NCBI GenBank assembly: GCA_965648905.1
Contig: CBFGIT010000032.1
Coordinates: 1-29,025 of the forward strand
Source: a candidate division WOR-3 bacterium
GTDB lineage: Bacteria; Hydrothermota; Tepidihabitantia; Tepidihabitantales; Tepidihabitantaceae
DNA length: 29,025 bases
Reading direction: 5' to 3'
Every line of letters starts with the position of its first letter. Positions within the stretch are counted from its first letter, which is position 1. Below the pieces are notes generated by a model that was not told where the DNA came from, did no database searches, and was given only the letters and a program-made list of their open reading frames with translations. Position numbers and translations under genes: made by a program. This document shows positions 25,390 to 29,025 of this stretch, piece after piece.

Positions 25390-28014
25390 TTGAGAAAGCT
25401 GATGATAGTATTCCCTTTTCTCGTGGTGAATGTGCTTGTGGCCGGTGAGTTCCTGGGCATTGTCCCCGAGGGACGGTTTGAGGACTTGGCCGGACAATAC
25501 ACTGTTGTCGGACAGACCCGAAACGGTATGCTCGTGCTCGGCAGTTCTAGTCAGGGGACACGGTCCGGCCTGTCGGACAATCCGGTCATGTCCCCCCAGA
25601 ATCAAGTCCGCGTGCTTGCGACCGAGCCGCGCGACCATGTCTACTACACTGTGCGTCTGTTTGACCAGGACGCGCTGGCCGAGCTGGCGCAGCTTACGCG
25701 CATCCTCGACTTTGACGGCGAGCAGTATCTGGTTGAGGTCAACCCGAACCGCATCGAAGAACTGCTGTCACTGCGCGTCATGCTTGGCCGGGTCAGCCTT
25801 TCCGGCTGGAAGCCGGCGCTGCCTGCGCCGGACCTGCCGCCCGTGACTGCGAACCCGATGATTGAGCAGATGGTTGCGCGCGTGAACCCGGATACGGTTC
25901 TGTCGTATGTCCGACGGCTGCAGAACTACCGCTCCCGTTATTCGACCGGGGACTCCTGTCGCGCGGCCTGCGAGTGGGTGAGGCAGCGTTTCCTCGCGTA
26001 CGGCTGCGATACGGTAATCATGCAGCCGCACCGGACCGGCCATGCGCCCAATGTCATCGGCGTGCGCTACGGCACTGCGGGCCGGCGCAACAAGTACGCG
26101 ATTATCAGCGGTCACATTGACTCTTATGCTGCGTCGAACGCACCAGGCGCTGACGACAATGCCTCAGGCACGGCCGCGACCCTGGAGGCCTGCCGGGCTA
26201 CCCAGGGGTTCCGATTCACTCAGGACTTGCGGTTCATCGCCTGGACTGGCGAGGAGTTCGGCCTGTACGGCTCTGAGGCATATGCGAACGAGGCCCGGGT
26301 CCGGGGTGACACGATTCTCGGGGTGCTCAACTTCGACATGATCGGCTACGTGGACGCGGCTCCTGAAGACTGCGACATGATGGCCAAGATTGCCAACCCG
26401 CCCTGCGAGCCGTTCTGCGACTGGTTCATTGCGGTCGCTGATACTTACACGGCCCTGCCCTGTCTTAAGCGGATGATGAGTGACAATCAGAACTCTGACC
26501 ACGGCCCGTTCTGGAACAACGGTTACGTTGCGCTCACCGGGATTGAGGATTTCTGGCCGACCAATCCGCACTACCACACGAGCCACGACTCAATCGGCGC
26601 CGGATACAACAACAACGAGTTCTGTACCGAAGTGACCAGGGCCGGGCTTGCCGCACTTGCAACCCTGGGTGAACCGATACCATCGAACCAGCCGATGGTC
26701 GGTCTGTTCCGCACCCGGCTGGACGACGCCTCGGGCAACGGCAACGGCCGCTGGGACGCGGGCGAGTCGGTCGCGGTCTATCTCACCCTCAAGAACTTCG
26801 GCCTCATTGCCGCGACCAATGTCCAGGCGAGCATTGCGACTTCTGACCCCTATGTTACCTTGTTCCAGACCAGTGCCAACTATGGGACGGTCAACGGGCA
26901 GGATACGGCCAACGGGTCGAACCCGTTCACGATGAAGGCGTCGCCCGTCACCCCGCGTGAGCACGTCGCGGATTTCACCCTGACTATCACCTCAACCGAG
27001 ACGACATGGGTGAACAACTTCGCGCTCCGAATTGGTGAATACCTGATTACCGACCCGGTCCCGGACGGCCCGCGTCAGCCGCCGCTGTACTGGGCCTACG
27101 ACAACATCGACACCGGTTTTCCGCAGCATCCGACCTATGACTGGTTCGAAATCCGCTCCCTTGGCACGCGCATCACCTATGCGCAGAACGATGACGTCGC
27201 AGTTGTCAGTCTGCCGACCGGGTTCGGGCCGTTGCGCTTCTACGGTCAGCAGTATACCCAGGTTTCGGTCTCGGCTGACGGCTGGCTTGCCGCGGGCAAC
27301 TACCCTCAACGCAACTACTCCAACACCACCCTGCCCAGCAGTTCAGCTCCGCCCGCAATCATCTGTGCCAACTGGGACGACCTGTACCCGGACTACAACG
27401 GGACCGGATTCGTCTACTGGTATCACGACGCGGCCAACCACCGTTTCATCATCGAATTCGACAGCGTCAAGTACTACACCGGCTCGGTACGCGACAAGTT
27501 CCAGTACATCATCTATGACACGACCCGGGCCGCGCCGGACGGTAACAGCGTGATTGTGGTTCAGTACATGACTGCGAACGGCTACACCAGTTCCACGGTC
27601 GGGCTGCAGGACCAGACCCGTACCATCGGTATCGCTGCCCTGTTCAACGGCACGCTTGCCCGTGGCGCGGCTCCAGTTCAGGCCGGCCGGGCAATCAAGT
27701 ATACGACCGATGCTCCGACCGGGCTGGAGGAGCTTGCTGCTCGCTCGATGTCTGCCGGGGTACGCCTCGGCCTTGGTGCGAATCCGGTTTCGGCCCGGAC
27801 TCGGGTCATGTTCTCGCTGCCGGCAGCAGGACCGGTCGAACTCGCGGTCTTTGACCGGGCTGGTCGAAAGTCGGCGCAACTGGTTCGGACCGTGATGCCG
27901 GCCGGTCAGCATAGTGTTCTCTGGGACCCGCAGTCGCTTGTGCCTGGAGTCTACTTTCTGAGACTTGTGACCGAACGCGGCCATGCTTCAGTAAAGACCG
28001 TGGTCAGCCGCTAG
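25390..28014 (+). CDS. Secreted M28-family zinc aminopeptidase with accessory beta domains and Por-secretion/FlgD-like C-terminal tail
   Basis: GHIDS, PGADDNASG, GEEFGLYGS, NFDMIG, SDHGPF, YHTSHD; C-terminal ANP...AVFDRAGR...PGVYFLRL...KTVV. Confidence 0.93.
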   Translation: MRKLMIVFPFLVVNVLVAGEFLGIVPEGRFEDLAGQYTVVGQTRNGMLVLGSSSQGTRSGLSDNPVMSPQNQVRVLATEPRDHVYYTVRLFDQDALAELAQLTRILDFDGEQYLVEVNPNRIEELLSLRVMLGRVSLSGWKPALPAPDLPPVTANPMIEQMVARVNPDTVLSYVRRLQNYRSRYSTGDSCRAACEWVRQRFLAYGCDTVIMQPHRTGHAPNVIGVRYGTAGRRNKYAIISGHIDSYAASNAPGADDNASGTAATLEACRATQGFRFTQDLRFIAWTGEEFGLYGSEAYANEARVRGDTILGVLNFDMIGYVDAAPEDCDMMAKIANPPCEPFCDWFIAVADTYTALPCLKRMMSDNQNSDHGPFWNNGYVALTGIEDFWPTNPHYHTSHDSIGAGYNNNEFCTEVTRAGLAALATLGEPIPSNQPMVGLFRTRLDDASGNGNGRWDAGESVAVYLTLKNFGLIAATNVQASIATSDPYVTLFQTSANYGTVNGQDTANGSNPFTMKASPVTPREHVADFTLTITSTETTWVNNFALRIGEYLITDPVPDGPRQPPLYWAYDNIDTGFPQHPTYDWFEIRSLGTRITYAQNDDVAVVSLPTGFGPLRFYGQQYTQVSVSADGWLAAGNYPQRNYSNTTLPSSSAPPAIICANWDDLYPDYNGTGFVYWYHDAANHRFIIEFDSVKYYTGSVRDKFQYIIYDTTRAAPDGNSVIVVQYMTANGYTSSTVGLQDQTRTIGIAALFNGTLARGAAPVQAGRAIKYTTDAPTGLEELAARSMSAGVRLGLGANPVSARTRVMFSLPAAGPVELAVFDRAGRKSAQLVRTVMPAGQHSVLWDPQSLVPGVYFLRLVTERGHASVKTVVSR
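25554..25595. repeat. 42-bp palindromic element (in-frame, intragenic), copy B
   Basis: GGGGACACGGTCCGGCCTGTCGGACAATCCGGTCATGTCCCC; 36/42 identical to 6010-6051. Confidence 0.9.
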
Positions 28015-28039
28015 TCAGGACGGTGCGCCGCTGCTGGAG

Positions 28040-28320
28040 AAGTCAGCGTACGCGCAACCGTGAATGAAAACGTAACCGCTGCCGCAGCACAAGTCGCAAC
28101 CACGACCGCGACCATGACGGATACGCGCGCCCTGTTGCCAGCGCAGATGCCGGCCCGAATCGCTGCCCAAGCCATCGCGTAAGTGCAGGTCAGACGCGCA
28201 ACTGCAGTACAGAGCGCAGACGCAAGCGAGGTTGAGAACACAGTAGAAGTCGCAGCAGAAACCGCGCCAGCAGGGAAGCAGCAAGCGCCTGCGTACGCAC
28301 CTGCGCAGACTGCAAGGGGA
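28040..28320. repeat. Degenerate 3/6-periodic low-complexity tract
   Basis: gcaacc-gtgaat-gaaaac-gtaacc-gctgcc-gcagca-caagtc-gcaacc-acgacc-gcgacc...; the frame is interrupted by a stop codon. Confidence 0.5.
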
Positions 28321-28489
28321 ACGCGGGAGGGCAGAACTCGCCCAAGTCTGTAACCATGTGGCAGTCAGGCAGTTACCCCTGCCGCGCCACTAGCTGTCCT
28401 TATTACCTTGTGGTAATATCACCTGCCCCCAAGCCGGTCATAGGAAAGCCCGGAGTGCACCTCAGCCCAAGGCCTCAGACGTACTGGAA

Positions 28490-29025
28490 CTATTCCCAAG
28501 CTGTCAGGAAGAACAACGCCATCCTGACACACTGAAACTCCTCCTCCTCATTCATCCACCGGTACGCTCCGGCGCACACATCGGTCGCGGCACATTTCAG
28601 GGAACAGGTCGTGGTCGTGGCAAACCGCGCCCTGTCATTGATGCTGATGCTCCCTTCAGTCGCTCGTATCAAAGACCACCACCGTGTCCTCAAAGTCCGG
28701 ATAGGGCGGGCTGAACTTGTCAGGGTAGTCGAGGTACTGGACGTAGAAGCGGTACCTGCCCTCTCCGGACAGGAACCGCCACTCAGTCTGAAAGGTCGTC
28801 TGCCGGCCCAGGTTGAACCAGTCGGTCGAGTCGAGCTTGATAACGGTATCACCGTTGCCGTAGTACTCCTGGAGCAGCCTGGCTGCATCAGCCGGGCCGC
28901 CGCCTTCCCAAGAGCGCGACTCCAGTTTGAGATGCACCAGCGGCACGTTTACCTTGCCGTTCTCAGGCAAGACCGCATCCAGGCTGCCGGTCGGGAAGTG
29001 CCGCACGTGGTGGCCGTAGGGGCCG
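28490..29025 (-). pseudogene. 3' part of a secreted-type protein gene, frameshifted and truncated (5' end outside the window)
   Basis: One frame ends ..DTVVVFDTSD* (28656). The adjacent frame continues ATEGSISINDRARFATTTTCSLKCAATD, matching the 'DT..P.GSI.IN.GA..T....L...ATD' Ig-like repeat pattern, then stops at 28490. Confidence 0.6.

Overview
GC-rich bacterial window. The gene content (Por/FlgD-type C-terminal sorting tails, a four-subunit POR, TatAC) suggests an anaerobic diderm of the FCB/WOR-3 type; this is inference only. 1-5.2 kb is an accessory island built from three copies of a repeated sigma70 promoter/leader module. The copies precede a PEGA lipoprotein, an Eco29kI-family GIY-YIG restriction-modification pair and a small membrane coiled-coil protein. 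The island also holds eroded relics of a YgiT-type zinc-finger gene and a Type IIG/Eco57I-like RM C-terminus. 5.2-14 kb is a minus-strand operon divergent from tatA-tatC: Tat-signal DUF362 protein with a sorting tail, two-domain lipoprotein, second Tat DUF362 protein, membrane polyferredoxin, and a 1.3-kaa propeller/beta-barrel protein. Next come an HD protein, a porCDAB-type 2-oxoacid:ferredoxin oxidoreductase operon with heptamer repeats at every junction, and a sigma54 two-component system whose target promoter (two palindromic UAS, IHF-like site, -24/-12) is fully readable. The window ends with a DAGK-family kinase, an M28 peptidase with sorting tail and a frameshifted gene. A 42-bp palindromic element sits in frame inside two unrelated secreted-protein genes. 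I recognised no tRNA, rRNA, CRISPR array, integrase or transposase.
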